Of a stretch of DNA of 64,000 bases, positions 47,219-54,918 are shown piece after piece. Each line of letters starts with the position of its first letter. The stretch's first letter is position 1. The notes beneath the pieces were generated by a model. It did not search any database. It worked only from the letters and a program-made list of their open reading frames with translations, and was not told the DNA's origin. Source of the stretch: Clostridia bacterium (GTDB lineage Bacteria; Bacillota; Clostridia; Christensenellales; CAG-917); NCBI GenBank assembly GCA_017461985.1, contig JAFTSA010000006.1, positions 110 through 64,109 of the forward strand, in the 5' to 3' direction. The position numbers and the translations under genes were made by a program.

Positions 47219-47342
47219 AAATTGAAAAAAAATTAAAAAAATATGAAAATAGCACCGTCATTTGGTTGCTATTTTTTTTTGGTTGTGATAAGGTATCTAT
47301 AGTTTGTGAAAGCGAAAGCCGACACATCCACTGGAGGAACAA

Positions 47343-47429
47343 ATGACACGCACAGCAATTCAACTGAAAAGTGGAAAAAAGAAGGTCACAATGGTGGCCG
47401 ATGGCGCATTTGTTTCTATAATTGCCTAA
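47343..47429 (+). CDS. Candidate 28-aa leader/small ORF upstream of the uracil permease gene
   Basis: GGAGGA 4 nt upstream of the ATG. MTRTAIQLKSGKKKVTMVADGAFVSIIA. The stop is 6 nt before an intrinsic terminator. No homology evidence. Confidence 0.3.
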   Translation: MTRTAIQLKSGKKKVTMVADGAFVSIIA

Positions 47430-47435
47430 AAAATT

Positions 47436-47464
47436 CGTTGCCGTTGCGGTGACGATTTTTTTTT
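47436..47464 (+). terminator. Leader terminator / attenuator upstream of pyrP-upp
   Basis: CGTTGCC-GTTGC-GGTGACG (7 bp including 2 G-U pairs), then A plus T9. Lies 115 nt upstream of ATG 47579. Confidence 0.55.
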
Positions 47465-47578
47465 GCCCGAGGCAGAAGACGATATATCCCCTTGCGTGTG
47501 TACGCATAGCGCGTGATATATATTGATACGAAAGAAACCAAAAAAAACTAAAATAAATCACAAAACGGAGAAGAAACT

Positions 47579-49144
47579 ATGAAACTTGTTTACGACGTCC
47601 ATGACAGACCTAAGTTCAACAAGATGCTCGTGTTCGCATTGCAACAAGTGCTCGCCATCATGGCAGCAACCATCGCAGTGCCTACCATCATCGGCTTGCC
47701 CACACAAATCCCCGCAGCAATCCTCGGCGCAGGCGTAGGCACAATCGTCTACTTGCTCTTCACCAAGTTCAAGAGCCCTGTCTTCCTTGGAAGTTCATTT
47801 GCATTCCTCAACTCACTGGGTGTTGCACTTGCATACGGCTATTGCGGTATCATCGTCGGCTCAATCTTCGCAGGCCTTGTTTACATCATCATCGCAGTGG
47901 TCATTCACTTCGCAGGCACAAAATGGGTTGGCAAACTTATGCCTCCCGTCATCATCGGACCTACCGTGGCAGTCATCGGTCTCTCCCTTGCAGGCAACGC
48001 AATGGGTGACATGGTCAAAGCAAGCGCAGACGCACTCAACGGCGGCTACAACCTCATCGGTCTCCTCTGCGGTCTTGTGACCTTCTTCGTGGTCATCATC
48101 TGCTCAGTGCAAAAGAAGTACAAGATGATGAAACTGATCCCCTTCATCATTGGTATCGGCGCAGGTTATGCACTTGCAACAATCTTCACCGGCATCGGCA
48201 TTGCAACTGGTGTTGAATATCTCCAAGTCATCAACTGGCAACCCCTCGTTGACAACTTCAAGGAAGTCACCGTCCAATCATTCCTCAACTATCCTGACTT
48301 TGCTCTCATCGAAGCAATCAAGGAAATGGTCACTGGCGAATCAACAATCGAAGGCGCACAAATCCTCAACGGCGCAGGCGTTGCAGAAGCAGCCCTTGCA
48401 TTCCTCCCCGTTGCACTCGTCGTCTTTGCAGAACACATCGCAGACCACAAGAACCTTTCATCAATCATCGACAAGGACCTCGTGGAAGGCGAACCTGGCC
48501 TCAAGCGTACACTCCTTGGTGACGGCGTTGGCTCAATCGCAGGTACAATCCTCGGCATCTGCCCCAACACCACCTACGGTGAATCAGTTGGTTGCGTCGC
48601 AATCACAAGAAACGCATCAATCAGCACAATCTTCACAGCAGCAATCATGTGCATCGTGCTCTCATTCATCTCACCTCTCATGTGCTTGCTCCAAACCATC
48701 CCTGCATGTGTCATGGGTGGCGTGTGCCTGACACTCTACGGCTTTATCGCATGTAGCGGTCTTAAGATGTTCAAGAACATCGACCTCGGCGAAAACAAGA
48801 ACCTCTTCACAGTGTCTGCAATCCTCATCGCAGGCATCGGCGGTCTTGCAATCAAGATTCCTTACATGATCGACGGAAACGGCGTTGTCACAAAGGCAAT
48901 CACCATCACATCAGTCGCAACCGCACTCATCCTCGGCATCGCAACATACGCAGTCTGCAACAAGCTTGAAAAGAAAGACAGCGCAGTTGAAGAAGAAATC
49001 GAAAACAAATCAATCGTCACCGAAGCAGCAGTGCAAGTGGGCGTTGTTGACACTCTTGTTCAAACTGAAGATGCACCCGCAGAAGAAACAGCAGATGCAA
49101 CAGTTGAAGAAACAGAAACAGTCGAAACAACCGAAGAAAACTAA
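47579..49144 (+). CDS. pyrP: Uracil/xanthine permease (NCS2 family), acidic C-terminal tail
   Basis: 521 aa. NCS2 pattern (FALQQVLAIMAATIAVP, GESVG). Followed by upp. Confidence 0.8.
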   Translation: MKLVYDVHDRPKFNKMLVFALQQVLAIMAATIAVPTIIGLPTQIPAAILGAGVGTIVYLLFTKFKSPVFLGSSFAFLNSLGVALAYGYCGIIVGSIFAGLVYIIIAVVIHFAGTKWVGKLMPPVIIGPTVAVIGLSLAGNAMGDMVKASADALNGGYNLIGLLCGLVTFFVVIICSVQKKYKMMKLIPFIIGIGAGYALATIFTGIGIATGVEYLQVINWQPLVDNFKEVTVQSFLNYPDFALIEAIKEMVTGESTIEGAQILNGAGVAEAALAFLPVALVVFAEHIADHKNLSSIIDKDLVEGEPGLKRTLLGDGVGSIAGTILGICPNTTYGESVGCVAITRNASISTIFTAAIMCIVLSFISPLMCLLQTIPACVMGGVCLTLYGFIACSGLKMFKNIDLGENKNLFTVSAILIAGIGGLAIKIPYMIDGNGVVTKAITITSVATALILGIATYAVCNKLEKKDSAVEEEIENKSIVTEAAVQVGVVDTLVQTEDAPAEETADATVEETETVETTEEN

Positions 49145-49198
49145 TTGATTATGACAAGCCCGCCTAATGGTGGGCTTGTATTCTATTTTAGGTGAATT

Positions 49199-49837
49199 AT
49201 GAAAAACTACGAAAACGTGACAATCTTTGAACATCCTCTCATCCAACACAAAGTCGCAATCCTTCGTGATGAAAAGACAAGCACCAAAGAGTTTAGAGAA
49301 CTGGTTGAAGAAATCACCACCCTCATGGTGTACGAAGCACTGAAAGACGTGCCCACCAAGAAGGTTATGGTCAGAACTCCTCTTGAACTCACTGAACAAA
49401 CAATGGTGGCAGACAACGCAGTGTCAATCGTGCCTATTCTCCGTGCAGGCCTTGGCATGGTCAACGGTGTCCACACCCTGTTCCCCTTGGCAAGAGTTGG
49501 TCATATCGGTATGTACCGCAATGAAGAAACCCTTCAACCCTGCGAATACTACTGCAAACTCCCCGATGGCATTGAAAACAGCATCGCAATCCTTCTTGAC
49601 CCCATGCTCGCAACCGGCGGTAGTGCAGTGGCAGCAATCGATGTCTTGAAAAAGCGTGGTTGCAAAGATATCCGCCTTATGAACATCATCGGCGCACCCA
49701 TCGGTGTTGAAACCGTTGCAGAAGCACACCCCGACGTGAAAATCTACGTGTCAACCCTTGACCGTCAACTCAACGACGTAGGCTATATTTTGCCTGGTCT
49801 CGGTGACGCAGGTGATCGCTTGTTCGGCACTAAGTAA
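49199..49837 (+). CDS. upp: Uracil phosphoribosyltransferase
   Basis: 212 aa. HPLIQHK...LRD..T....FR and the PRPP loop LLDPMLATGGS. Confidence 0.9.
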   Translation: MKNYENVTIFEHPLIQHKVAILRDEKTSTKEFRELVEEITTLMVYEALKDVPTKKVMVRTPLELTEQTMVADNAVSIVPILRAGLGMVNGVHTLFPLARVGHIGMYRNEETLQPCEYYCKLPDGIENSIAILLDPMLATGGSAVAAIDVLKKRGCKDIRLMNIIGAPIGVETVAEAHPDVKIYVSTLDRQLNDVGYILPGLGDAGDRLFGTK

Positions 49838-49871
49838 AACCGCGCTATTTAGCGCCTGACTTTGCAAACAA

Positions 49872-49899
49872 AGCCACTCACTGAGTGGCTTTTGTTTTG
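49872..49899 (+). terminator. Intrinsic terminator of upp
   Basis: AGCCACTC-ACT-GAGTGGCT followed by a T-rich run. Confidence 0.75.
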
Positions 49900-49900
49900 A

Positions 49901-50083
49901 GTTATATTTTGCTACGCAAAGTTATATTGCCTTACGGCAGTTATATTTGCCTACGGCAAGTGATATTGCTCACTTTGTTCGCAGTTGAGGATATTCTCTC
50001 GACCGCAACTCACCGTAGGTGAATATCACGTCCGTAGGACATATCACTCACGAAGTGAATATAACGCACAAAGTGCATATAAC
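49901..50083. repeat. Inverted array of nine ~18-20-nt modules (GTKATAT + 4-bp-stem mini-hairpin): five forward, four reverse
   Basis: Forward units start at 49901, 49921, 49940, 49960 and 49984. Reverse units are 50011-29, 50030-47, 50048-65 and 50066-83. See the first finding. Confidence 0.85.
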
Positions 50084-50091
50084 TGCGCAAG

Positions 50092-50115
50092 CAAAAAGCC
50101 ACTCGACCGAGTGGC
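50092..50115 (-). terminator. Intrinsic terminator of the rubrerythrin gene
   Basis: GCCACTC-GACC-GAGTGGC with a T-run on the minus strand. Confidence 0.7.
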
Positions 50116-50122
50116 ATTTGTT

Positions 50123-50719
50123 TTATTCCGCGTTGTCGTTTAGGTGCAACATGACAAAGCCTTGTTTTGCTCTGCAGAGAGGGCATTCTTGCCAAGCGGA
50201 TTTGGCGGTGTGCTCATATCCGCAACCTGCACATTTCCACTTCATTGCCACCTTGCGCTTGTACATTGTGCCTGTCTTCATTTGGTTGAACAGATCCTCA
50301 AAGAGCATGCTGTGGCATTTCTCCACCTCTGCGGTCATAAGGAAGAGCCTTTCAATCTCCTTGAAACCCTCTTGCTTTGCCACCTTTGCAAAGGCAGGAT
50401 AGATGTCAAAAGCCTCCTTCTTTTCGTCTTCGCTGGCAAGACGCAAGTTTTCAGTCAAATCCCACTTTTCCTTGAAAGGATAGCCTGCGCAGACCTCCAC
50501 ATTGTCAATGGTTTTGTCGCTGGCTTGTTGGATATAGGTGTAGAACATACGCGCATGGTTGAACTCATTGTACGCCACCTTGTCGATGATTTCAGCAAGG
50601 CAGGCATAACCCTCTTTTCTTGCGCCGTATTCCATAAACTCATATCTTGTCCGTGCTTGGCACTCACCGGCGTACGCCCGTGCCAAATTGTTCAGTGTTT
50701 TGCTTTCCAAAAGTTCCAT
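50123..50719 (-). CDS. rbr: Rubrerythrin
   Basis: 198 aa from ATG 50719 (GGAGG RBS). Ferritin-like diiron motifs (E..A..RY, E..H) plus a C-terminal rubredoxin CAGCG...CPLC. Confidence 0.85.
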   Translation of the reverse strand: MELLESKTLNNLARAYAGECQARTRYEFMEYGARKEGYACLAEIIDKVAYNEFNHARMFYTYIQQASDKTIDNVEVCAGYPFKEKWDLTENLRLASEDEKKEAFDIYPAFAKVAKQEGFKEIERLFLMTAEVEKCHSMLFEDLFNQMKTGTMYKRKVAMKWKCAGCGYEHTAKSAWQECPLCRAKQGFVMLHLNDNAE

Positions 50720-50800
50720 ATTATACCTCCACCACAATTTTGCACCAACCACGGATTTTTATACTTGCAAGGAGAATACGGCTTGAAATAAAAAAAGCAC

Positions 50801-50832
50801 AAAAAAAGCACTCAATCGAGTGCCTTTTTTTT
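50801..50832. terminator. Bidirectional intrinsic terminator
   Basis: A7, GCACTC-AATC-GAGTGC, then C plus T8. Confidence 0.75.
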
Positions 50833-50846
50833 GGATGACAATGAAA

Positions 50847-51107
50847 TTAGTTGTTTGAGGTGAGGTCTTCAAGGCAGTAGATTTTGCCTTTCAGTGCAAG
50901 TGAGATGATGTCAACGATGAAGAGAATCCAGCCACCGAAGATTGCGAGGAGCACTGCCAACACCATACCAAGTGTGTTTTTGCCGAGGAAACTGCGTGAG
51001 AAGCGATAGAGGTTTGAAGGAATGTCCCAGAGCAAGCAGAGAAGGACTTTGACCCAAAGGGCGAGGCCTTCGTATGATTTCATGTAATTTGTTGCAAAGT
51101 TTTCCAT
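50847..51107 (-). CDS. Small membrane protein, function unknown
   Basis: 86 aa with two predicted TM helices. GGAGA RBS. Confidence 0.5.
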   Translation of the reverse strand: MENFATNYMKSYEGLALWVKVLLCLLWDIPSNLYRFSRSFLGKNTLGMVLAVLLAIFGGWILFIVDIISLALKGKIYCLEDLTSNN

Positions 51108-51150
51108 AATATATCTCCTAAAAATATTGTTTTATTTTGTTTTGATTTGT

Positions 51151-51744
51151 CTATTTGTTGTGGCCCAGGAACGCTTGTTCCGCCCTTAGTGTATGCTGAT
51201 GCTCCTTGTTTGATTCAATAGTGGACTTAAATTGTAAGGGGCTAGCGTTTTCATAGGTGCAGAAACGGATGGTGTAGCCGTTGTCATCAATAGGCTCACC
51301 TTCTTCTACGCAAGTCCAGTTGTCAAGGCTGTCAAGATTGTCGTGGAAGACGGTTGCACCGCCGTCAGCATCCACCTTTGTTATATAGGCGGTTTTGCAG
51401 TAGGGGAGAAGGGTATGATACATCATTGCACCGCCGATGACGTACACTTCATTGTCTGTGACCTTGTGGACTTGTTCAAGAAGTTCGTCAAGAGAGGTGG
51501 CAAGGACGTAGCCCTTTTCTACTGCGTCCATAAGGTCGCCCTCAGGGTTCAGCACAATGTTGACACGGTTTTTAAGTGGCATGCCGTTGGGCAGTGAGCG
51601 GAGAGTGTTTGCACCCATAACCACCACTTTGCCACGAGTGTGCTCAACAAAGTGTTTCATATCTTTTTTCAGGTCAAACAGCAAGCCGTTGTTTTTGCCG
51701 ATGCCCCATTTTTTGTCAACTGCAACGATAAGTTTCATAATCAC
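51151..51744 (-). CDS. folA: Dihydrofolate reductase (with ~30-aa C-terminal extension)
   Basis: LIVAVDKKWGIGKNNGLLF....DMKHF...T.GKVVVMGANT signature. Start is GTG 51744 or ATG 51738. Abuts the thyA stop. Confidence 0.8.
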   Translation of the reverse strand: MIMKLIVAVDKKWGIGKNNGLLFDLKKDMKHFVEHTRGKVVVMGANTLRSLPNGMPLKNRVNIVLNPEGDLMDAVEKGYVLATSLDELLEQVHKVTDNEVYVIGGAMMYHTLLPYCKTAYITKVDADGGATVFHDNLDSLDNWTCVEEGEPIDDNGYTIRFCTYENASPLQFKSTIESNKEHQHTLRAEQAFLGHNK

Positions 51745-52575
51745 CTATACAGCCACTTCGATCTTGTCTTCAAGGGGAGTGAACTCATATCCTTCAAGTT
51801 TGAAATCGTTGACTGTGAAATCGTAAAAATTCTTGATTTCGGGGTTTATCCAGAATTTTGGTGCGTTAAACTGCGGATTTGTGAGAATTTTCTCCACAAT
51901 AGGCACGTGTCTATCATAGATGTGAGCATCTGAAATCACGTGAACAAGTTCACCAACTTCAAGGCCACTGACTTGGGCAAACATATGCACGAGCACTGCA
52001 TATTGCACCACGTTCCAGTTGTTGGCGGTGAGGGTGTCTTGACTGCGTTGATTGAGGATGGCGTTCAATTTGTTGCCAGTCACGTTGAAGGTGACGGAGT
52101 ATGCACAAGGATAGAGGTGCATCTCGTGAAGGTCTTGGAAGTTGTAGATGTTTGTCATTATGCGACGTGATGACGGGTTGTGTTTCAGGTCATAAAGCAC
52201 TCTGTCAACTTGGTCAAATTCACCCTCAGGATAGGTGTGTTTGACCCCCAGTTGATAGCCGTATGCTTTGCCGATTGAACCGCTTTCATCTGCCCAACTG
52301 TCCCAGATATGTGAGTTCAGATCCTTCACGTTGTTGGACTTCTTTTGCCATATCCAAAGGATTTCGTCAATGGCAGATTTGAACGCCGTACGACGAAGTG
52401 TGATGATGGGGAACTCCTTTGACAGGTCATAGCGGTTGACTATGCAAAACTTCTTCACTGTATGGGCAGGAGTGCCGTCAAGCCATCTAGGGCGGACGGG
52501 GAGATCGGTGTCCCAAACACCTTCGTCAATGATTTGCCTACAGGTATCTACAAAAATTTTGTCTGCGATGCTCAT
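51745..52575 (-). CDS. thyA: Thymidylate synthase
   Basis: 276 aa. ThyA motifs (LRRTAFKSAIDEILWIW, PCAYSVTFNV, NQRSQD). Confidence 0.85.
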   Translation of the reverse strand: MSIADKIFVDTCRQIIDEGVWDTDLPVRPRWLDGTPAHTVKKFCIVNRYDLSKEFPIITLRRTAFKSAIDEILWIWQKKSNNVKDLNSHIWDSWADESGSIGKAYGYQLGVKHTYPEGEFDQVDRVLYDLKHNPSSRRIMTNIYNFQDLHEMHLYPCAYSVTFNVTGNKLNAILNQRSQDTLTANNWNVVQYAVLVHMFAQVSGLEVGELVHVISDAHIYDRHVPIVEKILTNPQFNAPKFWINPEIKNFYDFTVNDFKLEGYEFTPLEDKIEVAV

Positions 52576-52599
52576 AATCTTTCACCTTGCGGTGTTTAT

Positions 52600-54357
52600 T
52601 TAGTCTTTGATTTTCAGTTGTTCGTTCAGTTTCTTCACCATATCAATGGGGAACTTGACCACCTTTCTGTCGTAGGTGATGAGGCCGTTGATTTCCTCTT
52701 CCACGTCACTGACTTGTGTGTATACGGTTGCAGAGAGGCCTCTGTCGATGAGGGGCATAATGCTCTTTTCATAGAGGTTTTTGAAGCCTTTTGCAAGGGA
52801 TTCGGGCTTTCTGTACACGCGGTAGCCGAAGATCTTGTCAGGTGAATACATATGGTTTTCAGTGGGCAGTGAGTATCCGCCGAATTCACTGAGGACGTAG
52901 CAACGTTTTTCACGGAAAGGCTTGGTGATAGGCTTGAAATAGATGTGGCGTGATTTGAGATCACTGGAGTTTTTGCCTTGATCGTTCCAACCGCTGACGC
53001 TGTCGATGATACGGGTGGGATCGATTTCCTTCATTTCCTTTGTGATGCGGACTGAGTCAAATTGTCCCCAACCTTCGTTGAAGGGCACCCACACTGAAAG
53101 TGAAACAACGTTTTTGAGGTAGTTCATTGTTTCGCGGAGTTCACGTTCAAACTCGGCTCTGCCGTCTGCGTTTTGTCTGCCAAACTTCTTGTATTGTGAA
53201 GGGCTGTCGTCCTTGACGTGATATTCAAAGAATGCAAGGAAACCAATGTAGAGAAGGCCGTACTTTTCACCACCAGACACCATATCTTGCCACACAAGGA
53301 TACCTTCCTTGTCGCAGTGATAGTACCATCTGAGAGGCTCAATCTTGATATGTTTTCTTATCATGTTGAAACCCATTGATTTGACCAACTTCACGTCGTA
53401 TTCAAGAGCGGAGTTGGAGGGAGGTGTCAACATACCGTCTGACCAGTAGCCTTGGTCAAGGACACCGGTGTGGAAATAGGGCTTGTTGTTGAGGCCAAGA
53501 CGCTTGAATCCCATCTTGTCGGTGACAACGCTGAATTTGCGCATACCGAAGTATGATTTGACGATGTCGTCACCCACCTTTATGACAAGGTCATAAAGTT
53601 TGGGGTTTTCAGGACACCAAAGTTCATAGTCGGTCATTGAGATTGTGGCTGTGTCACGGTCACAGGACACTTTGGCTTTGGTGACGCCGTTGTCTGCCAC
53701 GATGATTTCTGCGGTGACGTCTGAGGACTTGTCCAGTTTCACCACAACGCAGTCGTTGTCAATGTCGGGGATGATGGTGACGTCTTTAAGGTATGTAGCA
53801 GGCACGCTTTCAAGCCACACACTTTGCCAAATGCCTGATTGAGGGGTGTACCAAATGCCACCGCTCTTTGTGGCCTGCTTTGCTCTTGCGTGATATGAGG
53901 TGTCACTGGGGTCTGTCACCACTACGTCGATGGTGTTTTCGCCTGCATGAACAACTCCGCTAAGGTCCATTGTGAAGGGGGTATATCCGCCTGCGTGCTC
54001 ACCGATAAGCGTGCCGTTGACGGTCACTTTGCACTCATAGTCCACTGCGCCGAAGTGGATGAAGGTCTTGTCCTTCAAGAAGTCTTCGGGGAGGGTAAAG
54101 GTGCGGTGATAGTAGAGCACGTCTTGAGGTGTCACCATTGTGCCTTCGGGGAGACCTGAAAGAAGTGATTCAGGTGAGTAGGGCACGAGGATATCCCCTT
54201 GATAGCCGTCAAAACGTTCACTATTGCGATAGATTGCATATTGCCACTTGCCGTTGAGGGTGACGTAGCTGTCCCGTTGGAATTGAGGACGAGGATATTC
54301 ACTGAGGGGGATATCTGTTGTTTCAAAGGGAGTGTTCAGTCTGATGTGTCTTTTCAT
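52600..54357 (-). CDS. GH2-family glycoside hydrolase, specificity unknown
   Basis: 585 aa. N-terminal EYPRPQF.R..Y..LNG.W. Acid/base PFNEGWG. Nucleophile LSEFGG. No signal peptide. Confidence 0.7.
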   Translation of the reverse strand: MKRHIRLNTPFETTDIPLSEYPRPQFQRDSYVTLNGKWQYAIYRNSERFDGYQGDILVPYSPESLLSGLPEGTMVTPQDVLYYHRTFTLPEDFLKDKTFIHFGAVDYECKVTVNGTLIGEHAGGYTPFTMDLSGVVHAGENTIDVVVTDPSDTSYHARAKQATKSGGIWYTPQSGIWQSVWLESVPATYLKDVTIIPDIDNDCVVVKLDKSSDVTAEIIVADNGVTKAKVSCDRDTATISMTDYELWCPENPKLYDLVIKVGDDIVKSYFGMRKFSVVTDKMGFKRLGLNNKPYFHTGVLDQGYWSDGMLTPPSNSALEYDVKLVKSMGFNMIRKHIKIEPLRWYYHCDKEGILVWQDMVSGGEKYGLLYIGFLAFFEYHVKDDSPSQYKKFGRQNADGRAEFERELRETMNYLKNVVSLSVWVPFNEGWGQFDSVRITKEMKEIDPTRIIDSVSGWNDQGKNSSDLKSRHIYFKPITKPFREKRCYVLSEFGGYSLPTENHMYSPDKIFGYRVYRKPESLAKGFKNLYEKSIMPLIDRGLSATVYTQVSDVEEEINGLITYDRKVVKFPIDMVKKLNEQLKIKD

Positions 54358-54369
54358 ATTTCCACCTTA

Positions 54370-54918
54370 TTATAGCGTGACCATAGTCACAATTTTTCCG
54401 TCCAATGACTTGAGTGTGACGGTGTTGTTTTCATAGATAGCATAGGAGTGGGGAGTGCCGTCTTTGGGCATAGCCACCGAGCCTACGCAGACGTAGTGCA
54501 CACCATCAACGATGGTGTGATAGGGGGTGTGGAAGTGGCCGTAAAACACCACGTCACCGGGCTTTGCCTTTGTGGTGGGCAGGTCCTTATTCACCTTGTG
54601 TCCGTGGGTGAAGAAAAGTCGGCGGTCGCCGTCCTTCCAACAAAAATCACGGCGGATGGGGAAGGGTGAAATCATTTGGTCCACTTCGCTGTCGCAGTTG
54701 CCCTTGATGAGGAGGAAATCGCCCATTCTTTCTTCAAGGAGAGACTCCACCTTCATAGGTGCATATTCCTCGGGGAAGGGGTTGCGAGGGCCGTGATTGT
54801 AGGTGTCACCAAGAAGCACCACTTTTTTGTCGGCGCTGTCAAGGTCAACCACTTGCCAAAATTTTTTGAGATAAGCGTAGCTTCCGTGGATGTCGGAGGC
54901 AATATAAATCTTTTTCAT
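54370..54918 (-). CDS. YfcE-type metallophosphoesterase
   Basis: 182 aa. DIHG, GD..NHG and GH.H motifs. Confidence 0.75.
   Translation of the reverse strand: MKKIYIASDIHGSYAYLKKFWQVVDLDSADKKVVLLGDTYNHGPRNPFPEEYAPMKVESLLEERMGDFLLIKGNCDSEVDQMISPFPIRRDFCWKDGDRRLFFTHGHKVNKDLPTTKAKPGDVVFYGHFHTPYHTIVDGVHYVCVGSVAMPKDGTPHSYAIYENNTVTLKSLDGKIVTMVTL

Noticed and set aside
47321-47342. Possible PyrR-binding loop (AUCCACUGGAGGA) in the pyrP-upp leader.
   Set aside because: It only partly resembles the UCCAGAGAGG-type core that I remember. It overlaps the RBS of the small ORF, and I could not build the expected anti-antiterminator. It is left as an open question inside the leader finding.
49901-50083. 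Repeat array interpreted as a replication fork trap (opposed Ter-like sites) or a dif/Xer site.
   Set aside because: The opposed polarity is suggestive. However, there is no match to the Firmicute dif or RTP-Ter consensus that I know, no rtp or xer gene nearby, and gene-strand bias in the window does not switch cleanly here. It cannot be supported from sequence alone.
50019-50791. Plus-strand ORFs 50019..50402 (MNITSVGHITHEVNITHKVHIT...) and 50144..50791.
   Set aside because: The first is generated by reading through the repeat array and the rubrerythrin terminator. The second is antisense to rubrerythrin. The repetitive NIT/HIT peptide is an artefact of the ATAT-containing DNA repeat.
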